From NCBI GenBank assembly GCA_965231075.1, contig OZ246412.1, forward strand, positions 463,282 through 527,281: a stretch of DNA of 64,000 nucleotides, written 5' to 3'. Origin of the DNA: an uncultured Candidatus Saccharibacteria bacterium. GTDB taxonomy: Bacteria > Patescibacteriota > Minisyncoccia > RBG-13-40-8-A. How positions within the stretch are numbered: position 1 is the stretch's first letter; the number at the start of each line of letters is the position of its first letter. Below are positions 28,457-39,689 of the stretch, piece by piece. A program made the position numbers and the translations under genes. The notes beneath the pieces are model-generated. The model had not been told where the DNA came from, searched no databases, and saw only the letters and a list, made by a program, of their open reading frames with translations.

Positions 28457-30125
28457 CTAATTGATTTAGGGGTTGAACCTCCTCTAGTTTGTCTTCTTTG
28501 TTTTTAAATATAAACTTTCTGACAATTGTCATCGATTCCGATAATCTAAACGCCAGAGATATCAAAAAATAAATTCCAATGCCAATGATCGCCGATATCG
28601 CAACCTGCAAAAATAATCCCACAAATGTCGCCGTGTTAAAAATTGAATTCAGAACCTGTAATAGTCCATATATAATTACGGCCATCAAAACGCAAGAAAT
28701 TAAAATTTTAGAAACAGAATCGAAAATCGCTTTTGTGTCGTATCCTTTGACTTTTTTGTGAAAAAATTTCATTAAAACGACAAAATTAAAGATACTAGAC
28801 AATGAGAATGCTAACGGTAATCCCAATACAGCAAAACTTTTAATACCACTTAATTTAAATATTGACGAAAATATTTCTGAAAACACGTTAACGCGATTTA
28901 AAATCCAAACAAACCCAAAGCTCATCACAATGTTTAAGCCGATGCTGATTAAACTAATCGAGACCGGTGTTTTGGTATCTTTTAAAGAGTAAAATGCTCT
29001 CGAGACCAAGGGAATTAAGCTTTGTGCAAAAATGCTAATGGCAAAAATTCCTAGAGCGGCTGCAGTTAATCTGGTATCCACCCAATTAAATTGACCCGTG
29101 CCTAATATTAAACGAATTATTTGTGCTCGCAAAACGAAAAATATAGTCGTAATTGGCAACACTAAGTACAGAATTTGACTAAAGGCCATTGAAAAATCTT
29201 GAGAGAATTTCTCCTTATTCTCTTCTGCTGATGATTCCGCAAGTCTGGGAAATACCGCAATTGAAAAAGAAATTGCAATTATCCCGATGGGCACATATTG
29301 CAAGTTATTGGACAGATTAAAAATTGCTACACTACCAATAGTTAAACTGGAGGCGATTGCCGTAATCACCAGATAATTAATTTGCGTCCCTGCCAAACCG
29401 ATCGTTCTGGGTATGGTGAGTTGAAGCATTTTTTTTATTCCCTCGTGAAATCTAAACAAGCCATTAAATTTCATACCCGAATAAATTGCGCTTGGCAATT
29501 GTATTAATAAATGGAGGAACGCTCCCAATACCACTCCCCAGGCCAAACCAATTAATCCCATTTTGGGTACAAAAAAAATGATTCCCAATATGATTCCCAG
29601 ATTATACATTATTGGCGCTAAAGAATATATAAAAAAGCGACGAAAATATTGTAATACGCCACTCAAAATACTACTCACGCCCAATAACAACGGACTTAAA
29701 AACATCACTCTGGTCAGTGCCACTGTTGCTTCTTTTTTGGCACCAGAGAATCCAGGGGCGATAAATGCAACGACTTGTGGCGCGAATAAAATCAGAATCC
29801 CCGATAAAACGATTAAAATTAAAACAACCCAACTGAATATCCCGCTGGTTAATTTCCAGGCATCTTTCTCGTCTTTTTTAAAATATTGAGCAAAAATTGG
29901 AATGAATGCCGAAGAAATTGCACCCATAATCAAAATACTGTAAATTAAGTCCGGCAATCGAAACGCTGTAAAATAAACATCTAATTCATCACCGGCACCA
30001 AATTTTCCTGCTAGCAATCTATCTCTGATTAAACCTAAAATTCTGCTCAGTAAGGCCGTGATCGCCAAAATAAAAGCAGCAGAAAACACTGTTTTCGATG
30101 TGTGGTTAATTATCTTTTTAACCAT
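28449..30125 (-). CDS. murJ: Lipid II flippase MurJ
   Basis: LSRILGLIRD..LA..FGAG, AFRLPD, DTKTP. Confidence 0.95.
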   Translation of the reverse strand: MVKKIINHTSKTVFSAAFILAITALLSRILGLIRDRLLAGKFGAGDELDVYFTAFRLPDLIYSILIMGAISSAFIPIFAQYFKKDEKDAWKLTSGIFSWVVLILIVLSGILILFAPQVVAFIAPGFSGAKKEATVALTRVMFLSPLLLGVSSILSGVLQYFRRFFIYSLAPIMYNLGIILGIIFFVPKMGLIGLAWGVVLGAFLHLLIQLPSAIYSGMKFNGLFRFHEGIKKMLQLTIPRTIGLAGTQINYLVITAIASSLTIGSVAIFNLSNNLQYVPIGIIAISFSIAVFPRLAESSAEENKEKFSQDFSMAFSQILYLVLPITTIFFVLRAQIIRLILGTGQFNWVDTRLTAAALGIFAISIFAQSLIPLVSRAFYSLKDTKTPVSISLISIGLNIVMSFGFVWILNRVNVFSEIFSSIFKLSGIKSFAVLGLPLAFSLSSIFNFVVLMKFFHKKVKGYDTKAIFDSVSKILISCVLMAVIIYGLLQVLNSIFNTATFVGLFLQVAISAIIGIGIYFLISLAFRLSESMTIVRKFIFKNKEDKLEEVQPLNQLDE

Positions 30126-30232
30126 ATATAATTTATTCTCATTGTAACAGAAAGAAATTTTCATTGCTAGACACGGAGTTGGCCCTAAAGCGGAAATTTG
30201 CCAAAACAACAAAAAACCCTTATGATTAAAAC

Positions 30233-31885
30233 ATGAAAAAAATTGCTCAAATTATGCTTATTCCCACAACAATCATTTTACTGATCGTTGTTTTTGTAGT
30301 CTCGCTTTACACATTAAATGCCGAAAAAATAAATTACGGAACCAAAATTGCCGGACAAACAATTGGTGGACTATCGCCAGACGAAGCAATCGATAAACTT
30401 TCTAATTATTTCCAAGAGATAACTAATCAAAATTTCAACTTGGTCTACCAAGATAAAATCTGGACAATTAATTTAAAAAACCTAGGCATTAATATTGATG
30501 TTCACGCCACCGTTAATTTGGCTTTCGAACGTGGCCATCAATCTGGAAAATTAGTCAAAAATATTTTTTGGCAGATCAAATCATTACTGGGACTAAACCA
30601 AGCGTTGGCCTACGATATCGAAGACGCAAAAATTGAAAAATTTTTCCAAGAGAATCTCGCAATTATTCATCGACCAGCAAGAAATTCTCTTTTAGTTTAC
30701 AACAAAGAAAATAATGATTTTAACATCAGCGAATCAAGGTTTGGGACCATTATCAACAAGGATAAATTTCGAAAAGATATTGAAAAAAATATTTATCATT
30801 TCGAAGCCCAATCAATTTATTTAGACCTTGAAAATGACGAGCCAACCACAACCGAAGAACAGGCTAAAAAATTAATCCCTCGAGCTAAAGAATTGATTAA
30901 TCTTGCGCCAGTTACAATTACCGTTAATGGGAAGAAGGTAAACGAAATTACTATTGAAGATATTTTAGAATTAACCGAACCAGTTCCTGAATTAAATGAG
31001 CATAAAATAGAAAATTATCTTGTCTCACTTGCTCCATCAGTAGCCCAAGAACCGATTAATGCTCAATTGACAGTGGTCGATAACAAGGCCACAGCGTTCT
31101 CTTTATCTCAGGATGGAATACAGTTAGAAATCAGAAACAATATTGAAATTTTAAAAAACGGCCTACTCAATGGCGATAAAGAAATTGTTCTGAAAACGAT
31201 TAACACCAAGCCCGAAATTTCCACAGAAAATATCAACAATCTTGGCATCACTTCTTTTCTTGCTAAAGGTGTTTCTAATTTTTCGGGATCTTCGGCCAAC
31301 AGAATCACCAATATAAAAATTGGAGCAGCTAAATTTAACGGCGTATTAATTAAACCAAACGAAGAATTTTCTTTCAATAAATTATTGGGTGATGTCGGCC
31401 CCGAACAAGGATATAAGCCAGGATTGGTGATCAAGGACAACAAAACCATTCCTGAATACGGGGGTGGATTGTGTCAGGTTTCAACCACGGCATTTAGAGC
31501 AGCGGTCTATTCTGGCATGGAGATTACCAAGCGCTTCCCTCACGCATTTCCCGTGAAATACTATAATCCTCAAGGATTTGATGCGACTATCTATCCCCCT
31601 ATGCCAGATCTTAGATTTATTAACAATACCCCTGGACACATCCTTATACAAACCAAAATTGTCGGCAACGAATTAATTTTTGAATTTTATGGGACAAACG
31701 ACAACAGAAAGATTGAAGTTATTGGACCAGAACAATATGATTTACAGCCCGATGGCGCAATGAAAGCGAAGCTCACACAAAAAGTCTACGACAACAATGG
31801 AAATGTTATCATTGATAAAACTTTTTATTCAAATTATAAATCGCCGAGTCTGTACCCCGAAGAGATAATCAACCCCCTTCAATGA
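30233..31885 (+). CDS. VanW-family protein with PG-binding domains
   Basis: R..NI...A......IKP.EEFSFN, GGGLCQVSTT, DATI. Confidence 0.92.
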   Translation: MKKIAQIMLIPTTIILLIVVFVVSLYTLNAEKINYGTKIAGQTIGGLSPDEAIDKLSNYFQEITNQNFNLVYQDKIWTINLKNLGINIDVHATVNLAFERGHQSGKLVKNIFWQIKSLLGLNQALAYDIEDAKIEKFFQENLAIIHRPARNSLLVYNKENNDFNISESRFGTIINKDKFRKDIEKNIYHFEAQSIYLDLENDEPTTTEEQAKKLIPRAKELINLAPVTITVNGKKVNEITIEDILELTEPVPELNEHKIENYLVSLAPSVAQEPINAQLTVVDNKATAFSLSQDGIQLEIRNNIEILKNGLLNGDKEIVLKTINTKPEISTENINNLGITSFLAKGVSNFSGSSANRITNIKIGAAKFNGVLIKPNEEFSFNKLLGDVGPEQGYKPGLVIKDNKTIPEYGGGLCQVSTTAFRAAVYSGMEITKRFPHAFPVKYYNPQGFDATIYPPMPDLRFINNTPGHILIQTKIVGNELIFEFYGTNDNRKIEVIGPEQYDLQPDGAMKAKLTQKVYDNNGNVIIDKTFYSNYKSPSLYPEEIINPLQ

Positions 31886-32853
31886 CAACCAAGATTTTAA
31901 AAATAAACCCCCAGAAACCAAACAAAGACAAAATCGATCAAGCCGCCAAAATCATAAAAAATGGCGGCTTAGTTGCTTTTCCCACTGAGACCGTTTACGG
32001 TCTAGGGGCCAACATATTTAACAAAGAGGCAATTAAAAACATCTTTAGAGTTAAAGAAAGGCCGATGGATGACCCATTAATCGTCCATATTGCCGAGATA
32101 AAAGATTTAGATAAACTCACTACAAACATTCCGACAATTGCTTTAAAATTGGCAAAAAAATTTTGGCCAGGGCCATTGACCATGGTTTTGAATAAATCTG
32201 GAATTGTTTCCGACTATGTAACCGGCGGATTAGATACAGTGGCCATACGCATGCCCAAAAATAAGATTGCTTTTGAATTAATTAAAACCGCAGAAACACC
32301 ATTGGCTGCTCCCAGTGCTAATAAATTTACCAGACCATCACCAACTATCGCTAAGCATGTTTTAATTGATTTAAGTAATAAAATTCCTTTGATTATAGAT
32401 GGTGGACAAACAGACATTGGCATCGAGTCGACGGTCTTAGATTTAACCTCAAAAATTCCTACAATTTTAAGGCCGGGGAAAATAACCGAAAAAGATTTAA
32501 AAAAAGTTTTAAGGATGGTTAAAGGGCCACAGTCCACAACAAGTCAATTGCAGATCAGAAAATCTCCTGGGACGCGCTACAAACATTATTCTCCTAATGC
32601 CCGGGTGATTCTGGTTTATGGCAAGATAACAGAAAATCTAATTAACCGATATAAAAAATCAAAACAAAAAATTGGAACCATAAAAGCCAACAAAAATATC
32701 AACTTTTTGACAAAAAATTTATTCAAAAAATTTCGAGAGTTAGATAATAAAAAAACCGACATCATTCTTGTCGAAAATGTCGAAGAAAAAGGATTGGGAA
32801 TTGCACTAATGAACCGCCTTAAAAAATCGGCAAGCGAAATTATAAAAAATTGA
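31882..32853 (+). CDS. sua5: Threonylcarbamoyl-AMP synthase Sua5/TsaC
   Basis: VAFPTETVYGLGA, APSAN, SPG.RYKHYSP. Confidence 0.95.
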   Translation: MTTKILKINPQKPNKDKIDQAAKIIKNGGLVAFPTETVYGLGANIFNKEAIKNIFRVKERPMDDPLIVHIAEIKDLDKLTTNIPTIALKLAKKFWPGPLTMVLNKSGIVSDYVTGGLDTVAIRMPKNKIAFELIKTAETPLAAPSANKFTRPSPTIAKHVLIDLSNKIPLIIDGGQTDIGIESTVLDLTSKIPTILRPGKITEKDLKKVLRMVKGPQSTTSQLQIRKSPGTRYKHYSPNARVILVYGKITENLINRYKKSKQKIGTIKANKNINFLTKNLFKKFRELDNKKTDIILVENVEEKGLGIALMNRLKKSASEIIKN

Positions 32854-32887
32854 TTTTTACAATAAACTAAAGTAAAATGAAATTATC

Positions 32888-32969
32888 GTCCGGGTGGCGG
32901 AATTGGCAGACGCGCTAGCCTTAGGAGCTAGTGGGGCAACCCGTGGGAGTTCGACTCTCCCCTCGGACA
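32888..32969 (+). tRNA. tRNA-Leu(TAG)
   Basis: CTAGC-CTTAGGA-GCTAG, long variable arm. Confidence 0.95.
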
Positions 32970-32977
32970 CAATTTTA

Positions 32978-33001
32978 AAAAGCCGATTTAAATCGGCTTT
33001 T
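32978..33001. terminator. Bidirectional intrinsic terminator
   Basis: aaaagccgattt/aaatcggctttt between convergent tRNA and pilin gene. Confidence 0.8.
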
Positions 33002-33027
33002 TAAATTTAGTTTCGAAACTAATAACA

Positions 33028-33387
33028 CTATTGCAATCCACTACATTCGTTCGTAAATCTGAATAATCCAGATATTCCAACTCCACCAAGAAAACCTTCA
33101 ACCAATGAAATTAGAATCATGGCACAGAAGATTATTGCAACACCAATTAACGCGTTGATGATCATTTTCTTTGCTCCGTCAGCTTTCTCGCTATCACCCT
33201 TAGATAACATGTATTGAATACCTCCTAAAATTAAGAAGATAACAGCAATACCAAAACCAACAACCGCTAAAATCATTTTAACTTTAACAAAAATGTTGCA
33301 AAGAATGACCGTTGGCTCTAATGCTGCACTAGCAACAAATGGCAAAACTAACAACGATAACATTATAACTGGTAATATTTTTTTCAT
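33028..33387 (-). CDS. TrbC/VirB2-like pilin
   Basis: Signal peptide + GGIQYM.S.GD.EKA..AK..I..ALIG. Confidence 0.85.
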   Translation of the reverse strand: MKKILPVIMLSLLVLPFVASAALEPTVILCNIFVKVKMILAVVGFGIAVIFLILGGIQYMLSKGDSEKADGAKKMIINALIGVAIIFCAMILISLVEGFLGGVGISGLFRFTNECSGLQ

Positions 33388-33398
33388 ATTTGTTTTTT

Positions 33399-33452
33399 AC
33401 CCTGTTAAATATTCCGCCCCGCGGAATCATGCTTCGCATGATTTAACAGGGT
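33399..33452 (-). repeat. Three-way-junction palindromic element, copy 2
   Basis: accctgttaaat-[ttccgccccgcggaa][tcatgcttcgcatga]-tttaacagggt. Confidence 0.85.
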
Positions 33453-33497
33453 GAACTATGTTTATTTCTCGACCTTTGAAATATTTTTTAATTGACA

Positions 33498-33866
33498 TTA
33501 GTTTCCTGTAAGCCTAGTACTAATAAAGTCTTGCACCACCTGGATTAAAAAGAATGCCGCAAAAACAATTCCCACTCCAATCAAACTGTTGATAATCATT
33601 TTTCGAGCGTCTTTTGCCTGATCATCTTTCTCTCCCGCCGTAATATATTTAATCGCACCAAGAATGATAAAAATGACCGCTAAAATTATACCCGCCACAA
33701 ATAAAATATCTCCGATGTCCTCTATTAGGTAGCACACTTTTTGTGCGCTAGGATAACTTGATAAACTACCTTTCACGCATTGTGTGTACCCGAAAATATT
33801 TTGCGCGCTAACGACATACGGTAAGGCCAGAATTATTAAAATAAAAACGAATAATATTTTTTTCAT
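33498..33866 (-). CDS. TrbC/VirB2-like pilin
   Basis: GAIKYITAGE...KDARK.I..SLIG. Confidence 0.85.
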   Translation of the reverse strand: MKKILFVFILIILALPYVVSAQNIFGYTQCVKGSLSSYPSAQKVCYLIEDIGDILFVAGIILAVIFIILGAIKYITAGEKDDQAKDARKMIINSLIGVGIVFAAFFLIQVVQDFISTRLTGN

Positions 33867-33882
33867 ATTAAAATTTTGTTAA

Positions 33883-34221
33883 TTATTTAATCTTCCCCAA
33901 AATCTCTGTTACTAACTGTACAATAAAGCTCGATGCCAAAACAATTGCTACACCAATTAGTGTATAGCGAATAGTTTTTTTAGCTTTTCCGGCTTTTTCG
34001 TCATCTCCAGCTGACGTTGTATATTGAATCCCGGCAATTATTATCATCACCACGCCAACGGACACGGCTACTGCCTGTAATATTCCGGCAATAATGTTAA
34101 TTAATTCGGTTATGTTGTTGGGCTTTATTGGATTTGGTATTTCAACGGTTTCTGCGCCACAGAAAGATGGCAATATTAATAACGTGCCCAAAACCAATCC
34201 TAGAAATAATTTTGTTTTCAT
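33883..34221 (-). CDS. TrbC/VirB2-like pilin
   Basis: IPNPI, AGIQYTTSAGD.EKA.KAKKTI. Confidence 0.88.
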   Translation of the reverse strand: MKTKLFLGLVLGTLLILPSFCGAETVEIPNPIKPNNITELINIIAGILQAVAVSVGVVMIIIAGIQYTTSAGDDEKAGKAKKTIRYTLIGVAIVLASSFIVQLVTEILGKIK

Positions 34222-34223
34222 AA

Positions 34224-35525
34224 TTATTTTTTTAATAATAAATTTATTTGATTAGCTATGTTCTCGATCGTATCGTCTAAGGTTGATGCTCCTAATACTA
34301 TTGACTCTATGGCACTAGATAATATGTTTTCTATTTTTGCTGAATCAATCTGATACCAGCTTTTTGCGGTTAAACTTTGTTCAGCAAAAACCGCTAAATT
34401 TAAATTGTCGTTTTTCTGCCAATCAACTAGATTTCTTTGTGCGGTTGGTCTGTTGGTCTTTTTTAAATAATCTTTGTTAACTTTTTCTTGTGTTAAATAA
34501 AGCAAAAAATCCCACGCCGCTCCTGATGATTTAGATTTTTTAGAAACTGTATACGCCCAATAATTAGCATAATTAATGTCGAAAGCCCTTCCTTTGATCT
34601 GTGGCATCTTACCTATGCCATAGTTTAAATAAGAGTTTTTAGAATTAATTGTAGGAATGTGATAAGCATAGCTTAACATCATCGCTGATTTTCCATCAGC
34701 AAAGGCGTCTATAGAATATGGCATTTGACGATTCCATGTATAAGTTTTTTTGCTAGGATTAGAAAATTCTGTATAGAATCTTAATGCATCTTTTCCGGGA
34801 TAATATGTTTCATCATTCAGAAAAACTCCTTCGTCAAGCGTGGTGGTTCTTTTATCATCACTGATCATCTTCGTGCCATTTTGAAGCATGATTAATGATA
34901 AAATATCGGTTGCGCGATTTACGTTTTCGGCAGCGCCAAGAGATATGCCTGCACGATCTATACCGCCCCATTGGTTTCTCTTGGTTAATTTATCTAAATC
35001 TATAATTAATTCGTCCCATGTTTCCGGTGGGCCAGCAATACCAGCGCTATTAAAATAATTTTTATTATAATAAAGTGCTAGCGTATCAACATATAGTGGT
35101 AGCCCGTAAATTTTACCGTTGTCAACAAAATCGGCTTCGACAACATCAACAAATTTTTTTCTAAATTCAGCTAGGGTAAATTTTGTTGTTTGTTGTGGCA
35201 ATTCGGCTATTTTATCTTTGTGTTTAGGAAGCCAAGTGTTGTGTATTAACCAAATATCCGGACCCTTGTCTGATGCGAAAGCATTAATGAGCTCTTGTTC
35301 ATAGTTCTCGGCTGGCATTTTTCTGTAAGTAATCTTAACCGAGCAATCATTAGATTTTTTAAATCCTTCCATTGCTTCAGAGAATACTTCTGGTTCATCA
35401 TAAACTCCCCACACTTCCAAATTGGCTGGCCTGCACTGGTCCTTGGTGATTGTACCAATAATAAACACAATTATACCAATCACTACAACAACACTTAAGA
35501 TGATAATTATTTCCTTTTTCTCCAT
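34224..35525 (-). CDS. Extracellular solute-binding protein (family 1-like)
   Basis: GPDIW, IYGLPLYVDTLALYYNK, PETWDE, AWDFL. Confidence 0.88.
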   Translation of the reverse strand: MEKKEIIIILSVVVVIGIIVFIIGTITKDQCRPANLEVWGVYDEPEVFSEAMEGFKKSNDCSVKITYRKMPAENYEQELINAFASDKGPDIWLIHNTWLPKHKDKIAELPQQTTKFTLAEFRKKFVDVVEADFVDNGKIYGLPLYVDTLALYYNKNYFNSAGIAGPPETWDELIIDLDKLTKRNQWGGIDRAGISLGAAENVNRATDILSLIMLQNGTKMISDDKRTTTLDEGVFLNDETYYPGKDALRFYTEFSNPSKKTYTWNRQMPYSIDAFADGKSAMMLSYAYHIPTINSKNSYLNYGIGKMPQIKGRAFDINYANYWAYTVSKKSKSSGAAWDFLLYLTQEKVNKDYLKKTNRPTAQRNLVDWQKNDNLNLAVFAEQSLTAKSWYQIDSAKIENILSSAIESIVLGASTLDDTIENIANQINLLLKK

Positions 35526-35527
35526 TT

Positions 35528-36067
35528 TTAATTCTTGGTTAATATTAATCCCCAATGATATTGATCAACAGAAATGTTGTGCTTAGATCCAAAATTGTTC
35601 TGCATTGCAATTTCCTCTATTTGATTTATTGGAACAAATAGATCTTTCGAGGGGCCCAGCGGCTGATTTTCGTTCCAATCAATAACAACTAGCCTTCCTC
35701 TTTTTTTCAAGACCCTGCTCGCCTCCTTAATTATACCAATTTTATTTTCCGATTGGAATAAAATATTGGCCAACAACACCAGATCTATAGAATCGTTTTC
35801 GATTTGTGAGCCATTAATAACTTCTAAATTACAACGTCTAGTTATGATATTAAAAAGACCCTGAATCTTAGCTCTACTTCGAACCGATTCAAGGGCCGTG
35901 TCTAAAACATCTAAGGCATAAATTTTGCCTTCATCTCCCACTATTTTAGCCATTGGTATTACAAAATATCCCGCGCCACAACCGAAGTCAGCAATTTGCA
36001 TGCCTTTATCAATATTCAATTGTTTGATAACTTGTTCGGGATTTAAAAATCCTCCAGTTCCACTCAT
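35528..36067 (-). CDS. Class I SAM-dependent methyltransferase
   Basis: IADFGCGAG, RVLKKRGRLVVIDW. Confidence 0.9.
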   Translation of the reverse strand: MSGTGGFLNPEQVIKQLNIDKGMQIADFGCGAGYFVIPMAKIVGDEGKIYALDVLDTALESVRSRAKIQGLFNIITRRCNLEVINGSQIENDSIDLVLLANILFQSENKIGIIKEASRVLKKRGRLVVIDWNENQPLGPSKDLFVPINQIEEIAMQNNFGSKHNISVDQYHWGLILTKN

Positions 36068-36071
36068 ATAA

Positions 36072-38612
36072 TTATACGCAAGTAATTGAAGCTACCTTGT
36101 CTTTGTCGTCCAGCTTCATAATTCTTACGCCTTGTGTAACTCTACCAAGTTTAGAAATGTTCTTAATGCCCGTCCTAATTACATTACCTTTTTGTGATGT
36201 AACGATTAAATCCTCCTCTTCTAGTGAAATCATCCTCACGCCAACCAACGATCCAGTCTTCTCGGTCACATTGGCAGTTTTTACGCCCACACCACCACGA
36301 TGCTGTAATTTAAAATTATCTACTGGCGTACGTTTCCCATAACCATTAGAGCTAACAATCAATATGTCGGGGTTAATTTTTTTAACTGCCTGCGTGATTA
36401 CTTCCATGCCCACAACCGCATCAGTAAATTCTTCTTTGTCTTTGGCTTTCACAACTCTTAATCTAACGCCTCTAACTCCAATGGCATTTCTTCCCATGGG
36501 TCGTAAATCTTTTTCTGAAAATTTAATCCCTTGGCCAAGTTTGGTTACCAACATTATTTCATCATCGCCATGAGTAATTTTTACCCATTGTAAATCATCA
36601 TCTTTATCTAGGGTTATAGCGGCAATACCACCCTTTCTAATGTTCCTAAATTTTTCTACTTCTGTCTTCTTTATTATACCTTTTTTTGTGACCATTGCCA
36701 AAAATTTTGTCTGAATTCCATTTTCTCCCTTTTTTTCTCTTTCTAGAGGCACAACCGCACTGATTTTCTCGTCGGAAGATAGTCCTAGAATATTCACGAT
36801 TGCTCGTCCCCTTGAAACACGAGTTGCCTCGGGAATTTCATAGGCTTTGGTTTGATAAACCTTGCCCTTATTACTAAAAAACAATAAATCGTCGTGGGTA
36901 GAACAAACGAAGAAATGTTCAACAAAATCCTCTTCTTTGGTTTTAATTCCCACCATTCCTTTGCCGCCTCGGTTTTGTGCGCGATAAGATTTAGGATCAA
37001 CACGTTTAATGTATCCTGTATTGGTAACTGTAACAATAATTTCTTGATCGGCGATTAAATCCTCTTCAGCAAATTCTCCCACACCAGCACTGTGAACCTT
37101 GGTTTTTCTCTCATCACCAAATTTTTGTTTAAGTTCCGATAATTCTTCCTTAACAACCTTCAAAATTTTCTTAGGATTAGCTAAAATGTCTTCTATTTCT
37201 TTAATCAATTTCAATTTTTCTTCTAATTCATCAAGAATTTTCTTTCTTTCTAGTCCAGCTAGTGTTTGAAGGCGCATATCCAAGATAGCATTGACCTGGA
37301 TTTCAGTTAATTTAAATGCTTTAATTAATCCCAATTTAGCATCTTCGCGATCTTTCGACTTCTTGATAATCTCAATTACTTTGTCAATATTTTTCAATGC
37401 TTTTGCCAGTCCCTCCAAAATATGCACCCTGTCTTTTGTCTTAGCTAATTCAAACTTGTAGCGACGGGTGATTACAATTTGTCGGTGCTCAATAAAATGA
37501 GTCAAGACCTGCTTCAATGACAATGTCTGCGGTTGAATTCCTTCAGTCAAAGCTAGCATGTTTAAATGAAAAGTTTTTTGAAGTTCGGTGTACTTGAACA
37601 ATTTGTTCAAAACCTTTTGCGGAAAGGCGTCATTTTTTAATTCAATTACAACTCTAATTCCTTCTTTGTCGGATTCATCACGAATATCTCGAATGCCTTC
37701 AATCTTTTTTTCTTTTACTAGATCAGCGATTTTTTCAAGCAATACCGATTTATTGGTTTGATAAGTCAGTTCAGAAATAATAATTTTAAATTTCCCCTTT
37801 TCTTCAACAATGTCGGCTTTGGCACGATTTAAAATTGGGCCCTTACCAAAAACATAGGCCTGCATTATTTCTTTTTTATTATAAATTTCTCCGCCGGTTG
37901 GAAAATCTGGTCCTTTTATAAATTGAAACAATTCCTCAACTGTGGCTTTGGGGTTTTCAATTAAATGTTCAGTGGCATCAACAACCTCCGTAAGGTTGTG
38001 CGGTGGAATACTTGTTGCCATACCAACAGCGATGCCTAATGTTCCATTTAATAATAATTGTGGAATTTTTGATGGTAAAACCTGTGGTTCTGTGCGCGTG
38101 TTGTCATAATTAGGAATAAAATCAACCGTGTCTTTTTCTAGGTCTTTAAGCATTTCTTCGGCAATAGGAGTTAATCTCGCTTCCGTATAACGCATTGCGG
38201 CAGCGCCATCGCCATCAATTGAACCAAAGTTTCCTTGGCCATCAACTAACGGATAACGCATTGCAAAACTTTGTGCCATTCTTACCATTGAATCATAAAC
38301 TGCCATATCTCCATGTGGATGATATTTACCTAGAGTTTCTCCAACAACCGTTGCTGATTTTCTATGTTTACCACCAGACGAAAGTCCCATGTCATGCATC
38401 GCGTAAAGAATCCTACGATGTACGGGCTTCATTCCGTCTCGAACATCGGGCAATGCACGTGCAACAATAACACTCATTGCATAAGATAAGTATGATTCTT
38501 CCATTTCGGTGACAATCTCTCGATTTTGAAAATTAATCCTTTCTTCTGTGGGATTGTCTGACTTTTGTTCTGCCGGCAGGGCAGGTTTTTTGTTTTTATT
38601 CTTGTCCTTCAT
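36072..38612 (-). CDS. gyrA: DNA gyrase subunit A
   Basis: [29 protein letters not shown] GyrA box. Confidence 0.98.
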   Translation of the reverse strand: MKDKNKNKKPALPAEQKSDNPTEERINFQNREIVTEMEESYLSYAMSVIVARALPDVRDGMKPVHRRILYAMHDMGLSSGGKHRKSATVVGETLGKYHPHGDMAVYDSMVRMAQSFAMRYPLVDGQGNFGSIDGDGAAAMRYTEARLTPIAEEMLKDLEKDTVDFIPNYDNTRTEPQVLPSKIPQLLLNGTLGIAVGMATSIPPHNLTEVVDATEHLIENPKATVEELFQFIKGPDFPTGGEIYNKKEIMQAYVFGKGPILNRAKADIVEEKGKFKIIISELTYQTNKSVLLEKIADLVKEKKIEGIRDIRDESDKEGIRVVIELKNDAFPQKVLNKLFKYTELQKTFHLNMLALTEGIQPQTLSLKQVLTHFIEHRQIVITRRYKFELAKTKDRVHILEGLAKALKNIDKVIEIIKKSKDREDAKLGLIKAFKLTEIQVNAILDMRLQTLAGLERKKILDELEEKLKLIKEIEDILANPKKILKVVKEELSELKQKFGDERKTKVHSAGVGEFAEEDLIADQEIIVTVTNTGYIKRVDPKSYRAQNRGGKGMVGIKTKEEDFVEHFFVCSTHDDLLFFSNKGKVYQTKAYEIPEATRVSRGRAIVNILGLSSDEKISAVVPLEREKKGENGIQTKFLAMVTKKGIIKKTEVEKFRNIRKGGIAAITLDKDDDLQWVKITHGDDEIMLVTKLGQGIKFSEKDLRPMGRNAIGVRGVRLRVVKAKDKEEFTDAVVGMEVITQAVKKINPDILIVSSNGYGKRTPVDNFKLQHRGGVGVKTANVTEKTGSLVGVRMISLEEEDLIVTSQKGNVIRTGIKNISKLGRVTQGVRIMKLDDKDKVASITCV

Positions 38613-38892
38613 TTAATTCTTGTAAATCTTCTAAATTAGTTTGATCTTTAATTTCTCTTAAACTTGCAGTTACATTCTGTTTAACCGCTGAAATGTCGTT
38701 TTTGATGGTTTCAAATAGGGACGGTAGTTCGGTTTTATTTATTGCGTCCTTGGCATTTTGTTTGTTTGTGTTTAAAGAAAAAGAGAAAATCCAGAAAACT
38801 ATTATAATTGTCATTATGAGTCCACTTGCCAACCACAAAATCATAATTCTGGTTTTTTTGGGTTTGTTTTGTAGTTTTTCTATGAAATTCAT
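38596..38892 (-). CDS. Hypothetical single-TM protein
   Basis: 98 aa, tightly packed in operon. Confidence 0.75.
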   Translation of the reverse strand: MNFIEKLQNKPKKTRIMILWLASGLIMTIIIVFWIFSFSLNTNKQNAKDAINKTELPSLFETIKNDISAVKQNVTASLREIKDQTNLEDLQELNEGQE

Positions 38893-38893
38893 A

Positions 38894-39544
38894 TTATTCT
38901 AATTTCATTACCACAACCTTCATATCTTCACCTAAATCGGTTTTCTTTACGTTATATTCTTGTGTTGTTTCTGGTTCTACGCCAACTTCTTTCAAAAAGT
39001 CATCCACTTTGTCTAGTTTGATTTCGATTCCAGGAATCTTGTAGTGCATGGGAATTACCACGCTAGGTTCAATTTGATTGATGATTTTTACAGCACCCTC
39101 ACCATTAATCGTCCACGTTCCACCAACCGGAACCATTAAAATATCGATTTCTCCCATCTTGTCTAATTGCATATCAGCTAGTTCTTTTTGTCCCAGATCG
39201 CCCAAATGACAAATCTTTAAATCTTCGGCCTCAATTACATAAATTGTATTAATGCCGTTTTCACTACCCTTGGAATTGTCATGATAAGAATAAATGCCTT
39301 TTATGGAAACACCCTTAACGTCGTATTCTCCTGGACCATTAATTACAAACGGTTGTCCATTCACGGTTTGTAAGTTATTGTGATCATGATGATTGTGGGT
39401 AATTAAAACAATATCAGCCCCACCACGTGGAGGAGTTAATCCAGTTTCTTTATCAAATGGATCAATAAGAATCGTAATTTTGTCACCGACATTTGATTTA
39501 ACCAAAAGTTTAAAACAACTTTGGCCATGCCAAGTAATTTTCAT
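38894..39544 (-). CDS. Metallo-beta-lactamase fold hydrolase
   Basis: ITWHGQSCF, THNHHDH, HLGD, IPMHY. Confidence 0.92.
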   Translation of the reverse strand: MKITWHGQSCFKLLVKSNVGDKITILIDPFDKETGLTPPRGGADIVLITHNHHDHNNLQTVNGQPFVINGPGEYDVKGVSIKGIYSYHDNSKGSENGINTIYVIEAEDLKICHLGDLGQKELADMQLDKMGEIDILMVPVGGTWTINGEGAVKIINQIEPSVVIPMHYKIPGIEIKLDKVDDFLKEVGVEPETTQEYNVKKTDLGEDMKVVVMKLE

Positions 39545-39689
39545 ATATTAAAATTATAACATATAAAAAATATCCTTGCCAAATTATTTTAAATACCCTA
39601 TACTGAAAACACTACGTTAAACATTGATACTTCGACCAATGCGGAGCGTAATAATAATTAACTGTCGGAGTTTTTCTATTTATAAAAAT

